64,000 nt of DNA from Guillardia theta CCMP2712. Taxonomy: Eukaryota; Protista; Cryptophyta. Each line of letters opens with the position of its first letter. The stretch's first letter is position 1. A program made the translations under genes and the position numbers. The stretch is taken from contig NW_005434613.1 in assembly GCF_000315625.1 (NCBI RefSeq), positions 404,441-468,440 on the forward strand, written 5' to 3'. Under the pieces are notes generated by a model. That model searched no databases. It was not told the origin of the DNA and saw only the letters and a list, made by a program, of their open reading frames with translations. Below, piece after piece: positions 25,992 through 39,302 of this stretch.

Positions 25992-27039
25992 ATCATGTCA
26001 AGTCTATCTTTTAGCTAACTTCTCACCTACAATCACAAATGCTAAAACGATCTCGATCATTACGCTCCATGGTTCAGTGCTTTAGATCACACTTCGTAAC
26101 TTGATTCCTCGCTATTCCTGATCGGAACAAAATGGGTTGATAGTCATGATCAAGCTTGATAGTTATTTGTCCAGATGTCCTTGGATCTCTCTGTCGTTGT
26201 CTCAACTCTAAATGTCTTTCTTCCCCTTCTCCCCACCTCCCTGCATACCCACAAACCAACCGGACGTGTCACTGACATCTCCTCTGTTACCTATTCTGTT
26301 TGCTCTTCTTCACCTGCTCCCACCTCTTCTTCTGACATCTGCATATCTATACCAGCATTCCTTCCCTATGTCTGCCTCTACCTCTCCTTCCCCCGCCCCC
26401 CATGATCGCTCCATCGCCTCCTTGAAGGTTTGCATTCGCTTTCCTACCGAAGTCTCCTGGCGGGGAAGTGGTAGTACCCACCTCGACAAACAACCGATCA
26501 AATGGATGGGTGGGTACTATAACCCCTACCCACATTTTTACAACAATGTACTGGGAAGAATACGGGTCATAAAAGTTTTATGTACATGTTTGGGATGTTT
26601 GGGGATGGTGGGGTGGAGTACCACTACCCGGATATTACAGGAAACAGTACCGGTACTGACAATGAGTTTGGGATCTGTGTTGCACCCGTCCTAAATATAG
26701 ATTTTCATGGGGTGGGTTAGTTTTTAGCAATGATGATGAGACCGCAGCCTTGACGAAACATTGAGCGAGTCTCCTCCTCCTCCTCCTCCTCCTCCTCCTC
26801 CTCCTCCTCCTCTCCTCTCCTCTCCTCTCCTCTCCTCTCCTCTCCTCTCCTCTCCTCTCCTCTCCTCTCCTCTGTTGCCTTCTCTTTCTCCGGTCCCTGA
26901 CCTACCTTCGCTTCCTCTACCTACTTCCCCTCCATGCCCCTCTTGCTCTACCTCTTGATCATCTCCCTCCACGCTGCTTCTCCCGTCTTCTTGAGCCCAT
27001 CCTTGTCTGCCCTCAACGGATCCACGTGTCACGCCCAAA

Positions 27040-28795
27040 GTCAAAAGTGCACGACATCCTACGTATTGGATCGCTTTGATACGAACCGGTGAGTAAGTCT
27101 TTACCCACCGTGACCCCTTACTCACCTTCCATCTTTGTTGGGTTGAACCTCCAGCTTCGGGAATGTCTGTGCGCTAGACTGGAGAAGCAGGCAAGCTCTA
27201 AGTCGCCATGCTCTCGCTGGCTAACTGGCCGTATAGACTGAGATGCTTTGGAAGAGACCTGAATGGTTTGAGCGGGGAAGAAGATGTGACGATGACGATG
27301 ACGATGACGATAATACCAATCTGACTGCTCGCTTCTGAACAGATCAAGTGGGCCAAGATCGCACTTGGTTACCGTCACATGTGTGGGATCTTGGCTGAAG
27401 ACTCCGACTCTGACAGAGGAGTTGTGAGATGCCAGGGTGAGGCTGATGAGAAGCAAGTCGCTCTCGGCAAATTGGTCTGATAATTGTTGCATGCAGGCAA
27501 CAACATTCACTTGCAGGTTTGTTGGGAGAGGAGAATGTCCTTGGTTCAAGGTTTGTTGTGATTGTGTTGACTTGACAGGCCCAAGTCCCGTCTGATTACA
27601 AGGACGTGAAGTTCAAGAACATTTGTTCCGGAGCATACTTCTCTTGTGGAATAGGAAAGTGGAGGGAGGGAGAGAATGAGGCGGCGGCAAGGGAAGGATG
27701 GGAGTAAGGGAAGTGGGAAGGAGACAAGAGAATGGTGACAGGAAAGGAGGGTGTGAGAGCAGAGCGGAACAGAGGAAGGAAGGCGGAGCATGACTCGCTA
27801 TGTTTGATAGCTCTGTTTTCTTTCAGTGTCTTCGCTACCTCAAGACTCTCCTCTGAGTCAGCTGGTATGCTGGGGTGATTCTCCGATATCTCATGAAGCA
27901 GAGCAAGTGTTCAGAATGAAATTCTCCAAGGTGATCGAACCTCTAACCCTAACTTGCTTCCTTGCGCTGTTCGTCCAATTTCTTCTCCTCCCCCGCTCTC
28001 CTCCTCTCTTTCGCTCTCTTCCCCCCCTCCCTTGGTGCCTATCTCGGTGATTCACCAGCATAGTTGCTGTGCTCTCCCCTGATTCCTGGAACAGCTCTCT
28101 TGTTCGCACTTCAGCTTGTGCGCCATCGAAGAGGGGATTGACAGACTCCATTGCTGGGGAGATGAAGATATCATGAGGAAAAGTGTTCACCTGAGAGAAA
28201 GACGGCTGAGGAATGTAAGTGTCGGATACGACCACGCCTGTGCGATCGAGGTCGATTCTTCGATGAATGTCTGCTGGGGATCAAATTCCAAGATTCTAGA
28301 GGATGAAGATGGGCATGGTGAGGTTGATTTGTTTGCATGGGTTTTCGTGAAAGAAACATGAAATGATGATGGCTGGGGAGGGAGGAGGAAGAGGAGAAGG
28401 AGAGGAGAATTTGTTGAAATGATGAATGTTAGACAGTTGAAGGTGTAAAGATGGATGAAAGAGGAGGTCTGGTAAGACAATGGCTTGAGGAGGTGGAAAG
28501 CGGGAATCTCATGTGGATTATGATTAGCATCAAGTCACTTGTTGTGTTTCTTGTTTTTTGAATGACCACCGTTTGACGGGTTGTGCAACAGTTCAAACGT
28601 TTGTGACTGAAAAATCTCGAAGCTTTCATAGGAAGATTGAACAGGTGAGGAGCAGGGGGGGGGAAGGAATGTGAGGAGGAATGAATGGAATTTGAAAAAT
28701 CGAAAGGACGAGTAAGGAGAGCAGAAGGAGGGAGTGAACGAAAAGGAGAGAAAGCGGACAGGGAGAAGAGAGGTATCAAGGCAAAAGGACCCAAT

Positions 28796-28843
<48 letters not shown>

Positions 28844-29110
28844 ATGCAGGGAGTTGACGTGAATGTTGGAATTGCGCAGGTTTCAGCAGGTTGGGATCAT
28901 TCCTGTGCGGTGGATGCTTACCGGAGGCTGACTTGCTGGGGGGATGTTGGGGTGGGAGGAAAGGGAATGCAGCGGGGAGGAGGAGGGGGAGGGGAGCCAG
29001 GAGGAGAGTTTCTTGCTGTGAAAGCAAGCACCCACTACTCTTGTGCTGTTCATGTCAGTGGAACTTTAATGTGCTGGGGAGAGTCGCTCCCAGGAATGGA
29101 GCAGGTGAGA
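27040..29110 (+). CDS. RCC1/BLIP-II-like (crinkly-type) beta-propeller repeat exons; start unresolved
   Basis: Repeated motif: IALGYRHMCGI, GAYFSCGI..LVCWG, LCAIEE..LHCWG, VSVGYDHACAI..VCWG, VSAGWDHSCAV..LTCWG, VKASTHYSCAV..LMCWG. Confidence 0.75.
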
Positions 29111-29669
29111 TGAGGGAGAGGGCAGGGGAGGAGGAGGTGAGAGGAGGAGGTAGAAGAGGAGGTGAGAGGAGGAGGAAGAGGAGGTCTTGGTGGATGGAGA
29201 GAGGGTGGTGGTGGAGGGAAGGAGGAAAGAGCGGAGGAGGAGAGTTACTGAAGGATTGATACCCTGGCAGACCAACTGGGAAAGACTACAAATGTGCGAT
29301 GAAGGCAACACATTGCAGGTTCGAGTAGAAAGAGGGTGGATGATGAAGAGATTGGAATGCAACGAGGAGGGGGGGAATGAACTATAGCAGAAATGATGTC
29401 TAGGTTTATTGGCATTGAACGATGAATGAGGGAGGGAGAAGGAGCGGGAGCGGGAGCAAGAGCATGAATGGGAGGAGAAAGAGAGAGAGAACGAGCAATA
29501 GCAACAGAAAAACTTCTGAAGAAGGGGAGGACGAGGAGGACGAGGACGAGGAGGATTGTTGGTGAGGGCGAGCAGGTGGCTCATTTCGGTCCGATGTTAT
29601 CTTCCATCACTCACATCGACGGGTCTTGGCTGCTGTTTGTCGACAAGGTGAAAGATCAATAAGTTGTTG

Positions 29670-29802
29670 CTTGACTTGTCACTTTTGACTTGTCACTTTT
29701 GACTTGTCACTTTTGCCTTGTCACTTTGACTTGTCACTTTTGACTTTTCACTTTTCACTGGTCACTTTTGCCTTTTCACTTTGACATGTTAATTTGACTT
29801 GT
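29670..29802. repeat. 14-15 bp tandem repeat gacttgtcactttt (intronic)
   Basis: About 8 degenerate copies visible. Confidence 0.9.
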
Positions 29803-31842
29803 CATTTTGAATTGTTTCTTGACTTGTTGCTCACGGCAGGACGTGAACTTGTTCGAAGATGAGTTCGTGATGATTGAGAACCCGTTGGGTGCGAACTCTC
29901 GGAGAGCAAGAACGTGTTTCTTCCTCTGATTCTCTTCTCTTCCAGCAAACTCTTTCCACCTGCAAACACAAGGGAAGCTGCAAGTAGATGTTGTCGTCGC
30001 TCGTATTCCGAAGGGAGTCGAGAGTCTGGTGATGACTTGATCGTTCTTATCTGCTGCTTCCTCCCCTCCCCCACCTCCAGTTGTCTTCCACTCTCCTCCT
30101 CATCCTCAGCCTTCTTCTCCTCCTCTCTCTCCTTCTCCTCTCTCTTCTTCTCCTCTCTCTCTCTTTCTCTCTCCTTTCATCCCTTCCCCTTGTTCCTCTT
30201 CGTCAGTGCGTTTTTCTTCTTCGATGGCCTGTCGTGATTTGCGCGCAGGATGTGATGCTATTTGTGGACGAGAAGCAAGTGACGTCGAAAACAATTCGAC
30301 GGCAAGAGCTTGGAGCAGAAACTCCGACTTTGTGCGATTACAACAATCATGATTGTATTGAAAGGAGGGAAGAACATTTGTCGTTTGAGGTTGATGGTTG
30401 TGTTTGCCGAAGGTTTCTGAATTCTTCCAGGTCAACAATCTGAGTGAAGGATTCCATCTTGTTGAAGCTGCTGCCTTGATTGACGGTGACCCAAGATTCA
30501 CTTCTTTAGAACTCGAACCTTAGATCTGTCTTTTTACATCTCTTTTCTTTAAGTTCACATCCCTGCCCTGTCTTGACGACATGTTTTTGTATCAGGCTCA
30601 GCAGCTATCAGTCATAAAATCCCCTTCACCCTGCTCTTGCCGGCAAGGAGCACTCAGGATAATCCGCCGTCGTATCTCATACCTCAAGTCGCCGTGGTGA
30701 AGAAGGAGATCGTACCGAGAGGAGAAGTTTCTGAGATGATAATATGGCTAGCGCTCTTCGCTTTTGATGTGTGTACACTCCGTACCTTCCTCCTCCTCCT
30801 CTCTGCTTCCTCCTAAATCGCCGCCTCCTTCCCTCTCCGCCGCCTCTCCTCCTCCTTCGTTGTTCCTCCTCGTCTGCTCTATTTCTCATCCTCCCTTCCA
30901 CCTCCTCTTCCCCGAGCTCATCTCCTCCGCCTCGATTCCTCTTCTAGCTCCTCTCCTCTCCTCTCCCTTCTAGCTCCTCTCCTCTCCCTTCTAGCTTCTC
31001 TCCTCTCCTCTCCCTTTTAGCTCCTCTCCTCTCCCTCTCCACTGTATCCCCATCTCGCTCTGCTCCTCTAGCTGTCCCTTCCCTCATCTGCTAGCCTTCA
31101 ATCCTCATGCTTCACCTTCACTCATCGCCTTCTCTTGCCCTCCTGCTCATCTCGTTTCATGTGGTCAGGTCGGCACTAACGGATCTGTCATTCTCAACAA
31201 CATCAACGCCAAGGAGCTTGTCTTCTTCTCCTCCTACAGCAAACATCACTTGACGGTTCGTTCTCTCTCTGCGTCTTCTCGCTACCTTGCGCTCTTTCTC
31301 CCTCCTCCTTCCATATCCTTCGCCTTATCTTCCACCTGTTCATCATCAACGACATCGTCCGATTCCTCTACCTCCTTACCTCATTGCTTCAGGATGTTTC
31401 TTGGCCTTCTAAGCTCTGGCCTATCGCAACAATTTCAACGCTTGAGGTAACGAGACGACGAAGTATCTCCGACCCATCCTTGCACCTTTTCCATCTACAA
31501 AGCTCTTCGAATCTTGTACCCTCCCTGCCTTCTCCCTTCTCTCACCTTCGACCATCCCCTTGTCTTATGCATCTCGTCCTCCTCCCCCCCTCCTCCTCCC
31601 TCTACTGTTCCTCCTCCTCCTCGTCCTCAGCCTGCTCTTCATTGCTTCTACTCTCCTCCTCCTCCTCCTCAGCCTGCTCTTCATTGCTTCTACTCTCCCA
31701 TCTTTACTGTGATGTTCTCACAATTGCCAACAGCAGCGCAACACCTTCCGTCTCAATCGAGTCTTGGATGCAGAAGTAAGGGATACGTAAGAGGAAGTTC
31801 GCAGGAGGGGACAAGGTCAAGGATCAAGATGTGAACGAAGAG

Positions 31843-32060
<218 letters not shown>

Positions 32061-33219
32061 CGAGGACAGGAAGCAGGAGCAGGAGCATTAAAAACACAAA
32101 CGGAATTTTCTGTTCCTGAGTTCTTCACTTGCTCGCAGGAATGTCTACTCCATTGCGAAGAAGGAATGATCCTACATCGTCTCGACAATCATGCAGGCAA
32201 GATGAGGAGGGTAGGGCAGCAGAACAGGAGGATGTTGGGTGTGGGGGGTGTAAGGAATGGAGGAGGAAGCGGAGGAGGAGAAGCAGCAGCTGCAGCATGA
32301 GCAGCATGAGCAGCATGAGCAGGAGCGGGTGCACAAGGCGGGGGAGCAGGAGGAGGATGCGAAGGGTGCTGATATTCCTGATGGTTTGCGTTCAGAAGAC
32401 GGAACGTCGACGCTGCATCATCCGCAGGAGGGGAAACTAGTTCAACTCGCCGTGTTGATCTCCTCAACGATCCAAGACTGCGAGTACAACACCTACACGA
32501 TCTCACTAGAGAATGTATCCTCCTCCTCCTCCACCACCACCACCACCTCCCTCCTCCAATTCCTTCTCCTCCCTCCTCCCTCTTCGGTCTGCTCCCTCTG
32601 TCTCCTCCTCCCTCCTCCCCTCCTCCTCCTCTCTTTTCCTCCCTCACGTTTGTGAACTCTTGCTCACCCACTCTCTGACTTTCTCTCTCAGGAGAGAGGT
32701 CTTCCGTTCGAAGAAAATTCAGCTCTGTCCCAGCTGGAATTTTCGTCTTCTTGCCGCCTGCTGGAGGTCAGCTGGAAGGAGGCAGTCTTGTTCTTCTCAG
32801 CTTCTCTAGCAGCAAGAGATCAGCCGCGAACTCCTTGCGAGGTCGATCAACCGCCGCATTCTCGAGGCTCCTCTCCTGCGACACCTCCCCCCGCTCTCAG
32901 GGTATTGATCCTCCTGCGCTCGATCCCCTTCTTCCTCCTTGCTCCCTGCTCCCTTCTTCCCCTTTTCTTCCTCATTGCTTCTTCCTACCTTCTCCCAATC
33001 ATCATCTTCCTTCCCTGCCCCCCCCACCCCACTGCCCCACGCCCTCCTCCTTTTCCGTCCTCCTATTCATCATCACCCTTCCTCCTCCTCCTCCTCCTCC
33101 TCCTCCTCCTTCTCTTCCTCCTCCTCATTCCTCGCTTCTCCTCCTCCTTGTCGACTTCGTTCTTAAGCCTTGCTGTTGCTCCCTTCTAGAGCCTCCTCCT
33201 GAATGCTCTGACCCGCTGC

Positions 33220-35522
33220 AGGGAGAACGAAAACTCGCGTCTCTCCTGCTACTACCTGGCTGCTCCGCTCGACGGTGAGAAAGAGAAGAGGAGGGGAGGA
33301 GGACGTTGAAGATGAAGAAGAGATGAGACGAAGAGAACAGGAGAGCAGATCAACGGGAAGGGGAACGGGAAGAGAGAGGAGAAGAGAGGAAAGGGGAAGA
33401 GATGAGAAAGTAGGGAAAGAGAGAAGAGAAACGAAGAGAAAACAGAGAGGAGAGGACAGGAGAGGTGAAATGAGAGGAGAGGAGAGAAGAGGCGAGGAGA
33501 GGAGAGAAAAGATGAAAAGGAGCAGGACTAGGTCAAGTTTTCTATTCATCACTCAAGCTCAGATGCTCTGCGAACTCTCAACCTCTCTTTTCCTCCTCTC
33601 CCACTCCCGGAGACAACTTCACCTTGCAAGACAGAGGTCGACAATAGGATTGTCGGATTCTACCATGGTTGTCGTCTCCCCTCCTTCCCCTCCTCTTCCT
33701 TCTCAGACTTCCTTGTCCTTCTCCCCGGTTCTCTCCTCTGCCTCTCCTCCCCTCCTGCCTGCCCTTCTCCCTCTCTCCTACTCTCTTCTCCTTCCACCCC
33801 TCTCCCTTCCTCCTTCCCTCCTCCTTCTATCGTTATATCTTCGTCCTTTTCCTATCCCCTTCCATATTCCTTCTCATACTCTTCCCCTCTATCCTCACTT
33901 CCCACCTGCAGTCTCTACTGTAGGTGAGCGTTGGATCACCACGGTGAAAAGGCAGCTCAAGATGCTGAGGGAGAGTGTGACATACGAGGTACAAACCCCT
34001 TCGCGCATCTCCTCCTCCTCCTCCTCCTCCTCCTCCTCCTCCTCCTCCTCCTCCTCGTCTTCCTCCTCCTCGACTTCATCATGCTTCTCCTCCTCCTCCT
34101 CCTCCTCCTCCTCCTCCTCCTCCTCCTCCTCCTCGTCTTCATCATGCTTCTGTCCTTGCCCCGTCTTCTGCCCTCCATCCTCCTGACTGCACTCAGTTGG
34201 TGGACAAGATCGTTGTTGGCGTATCGGGATTCTTCTCCAACGTGACTGGCAGCGGAAGAGAGATGGTACCTGACGTCGAGTGCAGGCAGTGCGGGGCATG
34301 ACAACAAAGATGGGATGGGAGAAATTTGAGTTTGTTGACCACAATGATAAGGTTGAGTTGTTGGAGGGAGAGCAGATTGTGATTGTGGAGAACAGGACAT
34401 GTACAGAAAGCTGGGAGGCTCGCATGTGGCAAGGTGATGATACAAAGGGAAGAAGCGGAAGGGAGAGGAGAGATAGTCAAGGAAGGAGAGAGAGACAGAG
34501 GAGGAGGGTGAGAAGGTGGGGGGGTTGGGAAGGGAGAGGAGGGGGAAGACGGAGAGGAGGAAGGAGCGGGACAGGGGAATGAGGAGGAGTGTATGATGAT
34601 GGTTGCAGAGAGGTGCCGACATTGCAGCTCATGTACGAACATTGCAAGCGGGCGGAGCAACAGGAAGATTATGTCTTCTACCTCCATTCGAAAGGAGTTG
34701 GACATCGTTAGTGACTTTTGAACTACGTTTGACCTTCCTCCTCCTCCTTCTCGTCTTCCTTCTTCTTGCCCCTTTCTCCCCTTTTATCCTACTCGCCATG
34801 TCTCCTCCTCCTCCTCCTCCTCCTCTTCCCTCCTCTTCCTCCTTTCTCTCCTTCCTTCTCTTTCTCAGCCTTCTCCGCCTCATCCTCATCCTCATCCTCA
34901 GACGCATCCTTCCTCCACTCCATCTTCCTCCTCTTCCTCCGCTGCATTCTCCTCCTTCACCGTGCTTTCATCAATCCCACTCGTCCTTGACGATTTATCT
35001 GCAGCTTGGCCTAAGTTTAAGTGGACACAAGATTGGACCATGTATCCTCCTCCTCCCCTCCCCCAGCTGCCAACATCGTCCGTTCCCTGCTCCTTCCTTG
35101 CTGTTCCCTCCTCCTTCTCTCTCATGATCTCCTCTGTAGGTACATGGAATCCGCTCTCTTCGAGCATCCGCACTTGTGTCTTCACGCTCTCAGCACCGGA
35201 AGGTCTGCTCCGCTTCCTCCTCCTCCTCCTCCTCCTCCTCCTCCTCCTCCTCCTCCTCTTTCCTCACCACCACCACCACCCTCCTCCTCCTTCAAACTGC
35301 TACTGTATCCTCATGCTCCTTAACCTGACCATCTTTGGCTAGCGACGCGTGTGGAACGGAGCTCTACCAACGCCCTCACTTGCATTATGCTGGGAATTTC
35401 TGGTGGACAACTTGCGAGCGAGTGAAACAGCTGCAGGCATGTTGTGCTTGCGAATGAGACAAACCTAACGAGATTGCAGGAACCGGATAGTATGCTACCC
35501 ATGACAGTGAGACAACCAACAC

Positions 35523-35601
<79 letters not shown>

Positions 35602-36155
35602 GTTCTCCTCCCCCCTTCACTATCATTCCTCTTTCACTGCTACTATCCTCTCCTGCGTCGTCTCCAACCCTTCCTCTCCTCCTCTCTCCCTACTTAACCT
35701 CCTCTTCAGCTCTCGACGTGGGGCAAGCCGGAGAACTGGATTGGAAGTATCCCCAACAGCTCGGTAAGGCGGGAAGAGGACGAGGACGAGGACTGACATG
35801 AAACAGATGATGAGCCTCTTGACCGCCTACTCCTCCAACCCCTACTCGGCCACCTCGGTCGGACCCCACCCCCCCTCCGCCCCCCCCTCCCCTCCGCCCC
35901 CCCTCCCCTCCGCCCCCCTCCCTCCCCTCCCGTCCCCTCCCCTCCCCTCCCCCTCCCCTCCCCTCCCCCTCCCCCTCCCCTCCCCTCCCCTCCCCCTCCC
36001 CTCCCCTCCCCTCCCCCTCTCTCTCTCAAGTCTCAAGTCTCGTTTTGCCCCTCAGGGGCTGGAGGATCTGCTCAAGCAACGAGCAAATGACGTGCAGGAG
36101 GCGGTGAGCACGAGAAGAACAGCACAGGTCATTGCCCTTCTCCTCCTTCTTCCTC

Positions 36156-36191
<36 letters not shown>

Positions 36192-36557
36192 CTCCTCCTC
36201 CTCCTCCTCCTCTCTCCCATTCCCCATCTCCCTTTCCCCCCAATCTTCCTCCTCCTCTCATCGCAATCTTNNNNNNNNNNNNNNNNNNNNNNNNNNNNNN
36301 NNNNNNNNNNNNNNNNNNNNNNNNNNNNNNNNNNNNNNNNNNNNNNNNNNNNNNNNNNNNNNNNNNNNNNCCCTCCCCTCCCTCCCCACCGCATCCTCTT
36401 CCTCATCCACTCCAGCTCATTCGTTGGTTCCTCACGCTCATCGACAGACCTGCCGCGCTACAAGTACGAGCAAGCACTCCATCACATTCCCCGCGTCTTC
36501 GGATGTCCATCCTGCGTGCAAACGCGCGATGCGACACGAGAGCTACGACCAACCTAG
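33220..36557 (+). CDS. Spliced uncharacterised HxKG...GNFWW domain (putative glycosyltransferase-like), possibly the C-terminal part of the RCC1-repeat gene
   Basis: Small exons give CYYLAAPLD/GERWITTVKRQLKMLRES, LVDKIVVGVSG, EVPTLQLMYEHC..YVFYLHSKG (34609-34700), QDW/YMESALFEHPHLCLHAL, DACGTELYQRPHLHYAGNFWWTTCERVKQL (35343-35436), WGKPENWIG. Confidence 0.65.
35522..35600. repeat. (CAT)n microsatellite, intronic
   Basis: About 26 uninterrupted copies. Confidence 0.95.
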
Positions 36558-36657
36558 AGCTTCACAATGAAACAGGAACAGTCAAGTGAGAGTCGTGAGC
36601 CCTTCGATGTACGTCAAGTGTATCCCAAGAGCTATCGAGCAGGTTGGCAGAACTTGT

Positions 36658-38556
36658 CTATGCAGAGCAGGCGGCCACGAGGTTGTCGACGAACTGAACG
36701 ACGCTGCCGACCGCGGAGATTTCGTTGTCGTACTGCAGTCGAAGTCAGAGATGCTCGGAGCTACCGACCTGGTTCACCTGCTGCAGGTCAGTCTGCAGGC
36801 TGGAGGCCTGGTCGTCGTAGGTAGACTTCTTGACCTGTGTGGGGAGACCTCACATGAGAGCAAAGAGAGGGGAACGATCTCACCTCGTACTGCCCGCCCA
36901 GTTGCTGGCGGTGAAGGTCTGCTGAGTTTTCTTCTGCCTGGGAGCGGGAGACTTCAGAATGGAGGAGGCAGAGGCAGGGGAGCGGAGGAGAGGGAGAGGA
37001 GTGACGAAGCAAGAAGTAGAGGATCAGGGACCAGGGACATAGGGGAGGGCAAGGAAAGTAATGTATGCATTGACTTACTTTCGCCCTGTCCGCTGTGTCC
37101 GACAGCTCAACCAACTTCACCATCCACTCTTCTTTCTTGGCCTTGTTGTTTGAGATCTCTTCCTGGGAACCAGCCATCTGAGCGTCGATCGCTTCGATCC
37201 TGCTGCTGATTTCCATGCTCATCTCGTTCAAGATAGCGAGTGAGTCGGCGATCGTTGCTGCCGTCACATCCGACAAGGACGTAGTAGCCTGCAGCACAGC
37301 TGCTCAGCTGACAAATACGAGAGGAGACAAAGAGGTCGTCAAACCTTCTGGAGTCTCTGCAGCTGAGCTCGAGCTGGAGCAGGCAGGGAAAGAGAATCCT
37401 TCTCCAACTTTGCAACGCTGTCCTCAACCTGCTTAAGCCTGACATCGTTGCTTGTCCCCTTTGCGGCAGATGTCGTCATAGATTGAATCAGGCCGACGAT
37501 GTTAGTAATCATCTGCTGCTGGGCTGCGAGGTTCTCTTTCTCAGCTTTGACCGGGGCGTTGTTCTTCAGGAAGTTTTCTTCAGCTGTGCACAAGCTCGTT
37601 GTTACCAACGACACTATAGCGTCATCTTAGATTCATTCCAACCTTCCTTCAACGCAGAAGTGTACTTCTCGAGTTGTCCCTTAGCATATTCAGCTGCAGA
37701 CACAGCACTGCTCCTGGTCGACTGCAGCCTTCTAAGAATGACAACAAGCACGCTCCCTGCATCACCTGGGCTGAGCGAAACGCAGACTCGGATTCAATCC
37801 ATTGCTGGTAGGCATCATCCTTATCCTTCTTGGTCTCACTGTCACATGAGAAAATCAAACATTCCAGAGCACGCGCAAGAGCAAGGCATACTCATCAAGC
37901 TTCACTCGCTCATCCTTCTCCGAGGTAAGGTTGGCCTTCAAAGACTGAAACTTCTCCTGCGATCTTGGCGTAAGAATGTGACTACTTGTGACTTATCAGA
38001 CCTGAATGGTCAGGTAGGTGTCTTTGCGAGCACAATCAGCCTGCTGCAGCTTGGTAGAACGGAAAGCAGCGAGAGTCTGGTGGTTTTGAAGACGTCTAGC
38101 AATGCTCTTTGCCAGCATCTATCCAAGAGACTTACACGGTCGTACATGACAGAGTTGACAATCAACCTGAGCCTTGACTGGTAAGCTTGCCACAGCTTCG
38201 TGGATGGTCTTCAACAAGATCTCACGCCTGGAGTAAACCTTCTCCATGTTCTTGACACGATGAGCGTTGGCGTGTTTCATTGCCGCCATCTTCTGAGCCA
38301 GCCCAGAGCCCTGCAACAGCAAACTTAGTGATCAGGAGAATGCAAGAGCTGAGAGCTGAACCTCATCGTTTCCAGACAGAGCTACTGCAAGCAACATTGC
38401 AACGGCGATGGCTCCGCCTACCAAGAGGGCTTTCCTTCCGAAAGTCTGCTGGAAACCTTGGTTACCACAATCCTCTCTCCCCTCTTCTTCCTCCCCCTTG
38501 CTTACCTTCTTGTCCCTCCCGTTCACTTCCATGTATACCACGAAGCTTTCCGCCAT
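36658..38556 (-). CDS. Hypothetical type II membrane/signal-anchored coiled-coil protein
   Basis: Anchor RKALLVGGAIAVAMLLAVAL near the N-terminus, followed by several heptad-rich exons (EKENLAAQQQMITNIVGLIQSM; ISSRIEAIDAQMAGSQEEI); last exon YDNEISAVGSVVQFVDNLVAACSA*. Confidence 0.6.
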
Positions 38557-39302
38557 GACTGCTCCCGAAATAGAACTCGGAACACAATGACTATTTAGTT
38601 TGATCTAATTTACTCAACTTTGATGAGTAAATCATAGTATGAGCTGACCGTGCTCCCTCTCAGTCATGCCCTACCGTCAAGTCACAGGCTCATGGTGATT
38701 GGCAACTGACCCGCGGCCGCCGGGCCCGCAATCATCGGATACTGAGCACACTGAGCGGCACGGCCGTGAGATCGGACGCCGCTTGACCCGACCGTGCCAG
38801 GATGATCATCCATTTCTCTTCAAGCGCCGTACTAGGTATGCGGCTTCAATGTCCGACTGTTCAACGGCAACCGCGGCCCGCCCGGGCCGGGCCCGGCGGC
38901 CCTGCAATCTGACTGATAGTAACTTGATAACCGTCAGTCGACTCTTCACTGCTCAGATCTGAGTGCCGTTCACTGCCGGCCGTTGCCGCAAATCTGGACG
39001 GGACTCGGCCCGGGCCGACTGAGACTCGCTGCCCGGCGGCCCGGCCCGGCCCCGGGCCACTGAGGCTAAAGCTACAGAAATGTCAAGCCTTCTACCACCC
39101 CTCTATAGTGGCAGAGGTCCTTTGCAAGGCCCCTACCCGCTCTCCGTAGTATTTGGACCCCTCAATCTACCTCGGCCTGGCATCCACCGAGCTGACCCAC
39201 CCACGCTATGGAAAATAAAGGCCCTATCTGTCTCTTCCTTCATACCGCCATGCCCCCGTAGCCAGTTGCTTGAAGCAAGGGAGGAGCGCGTCTCAAGAGA
39301 GC

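Noticed and set aside
29670-29802. Short direct repeats resembling a CRISPR array
   Set aside because: No unique spacers, eukaryotic intron context, no cas genes.
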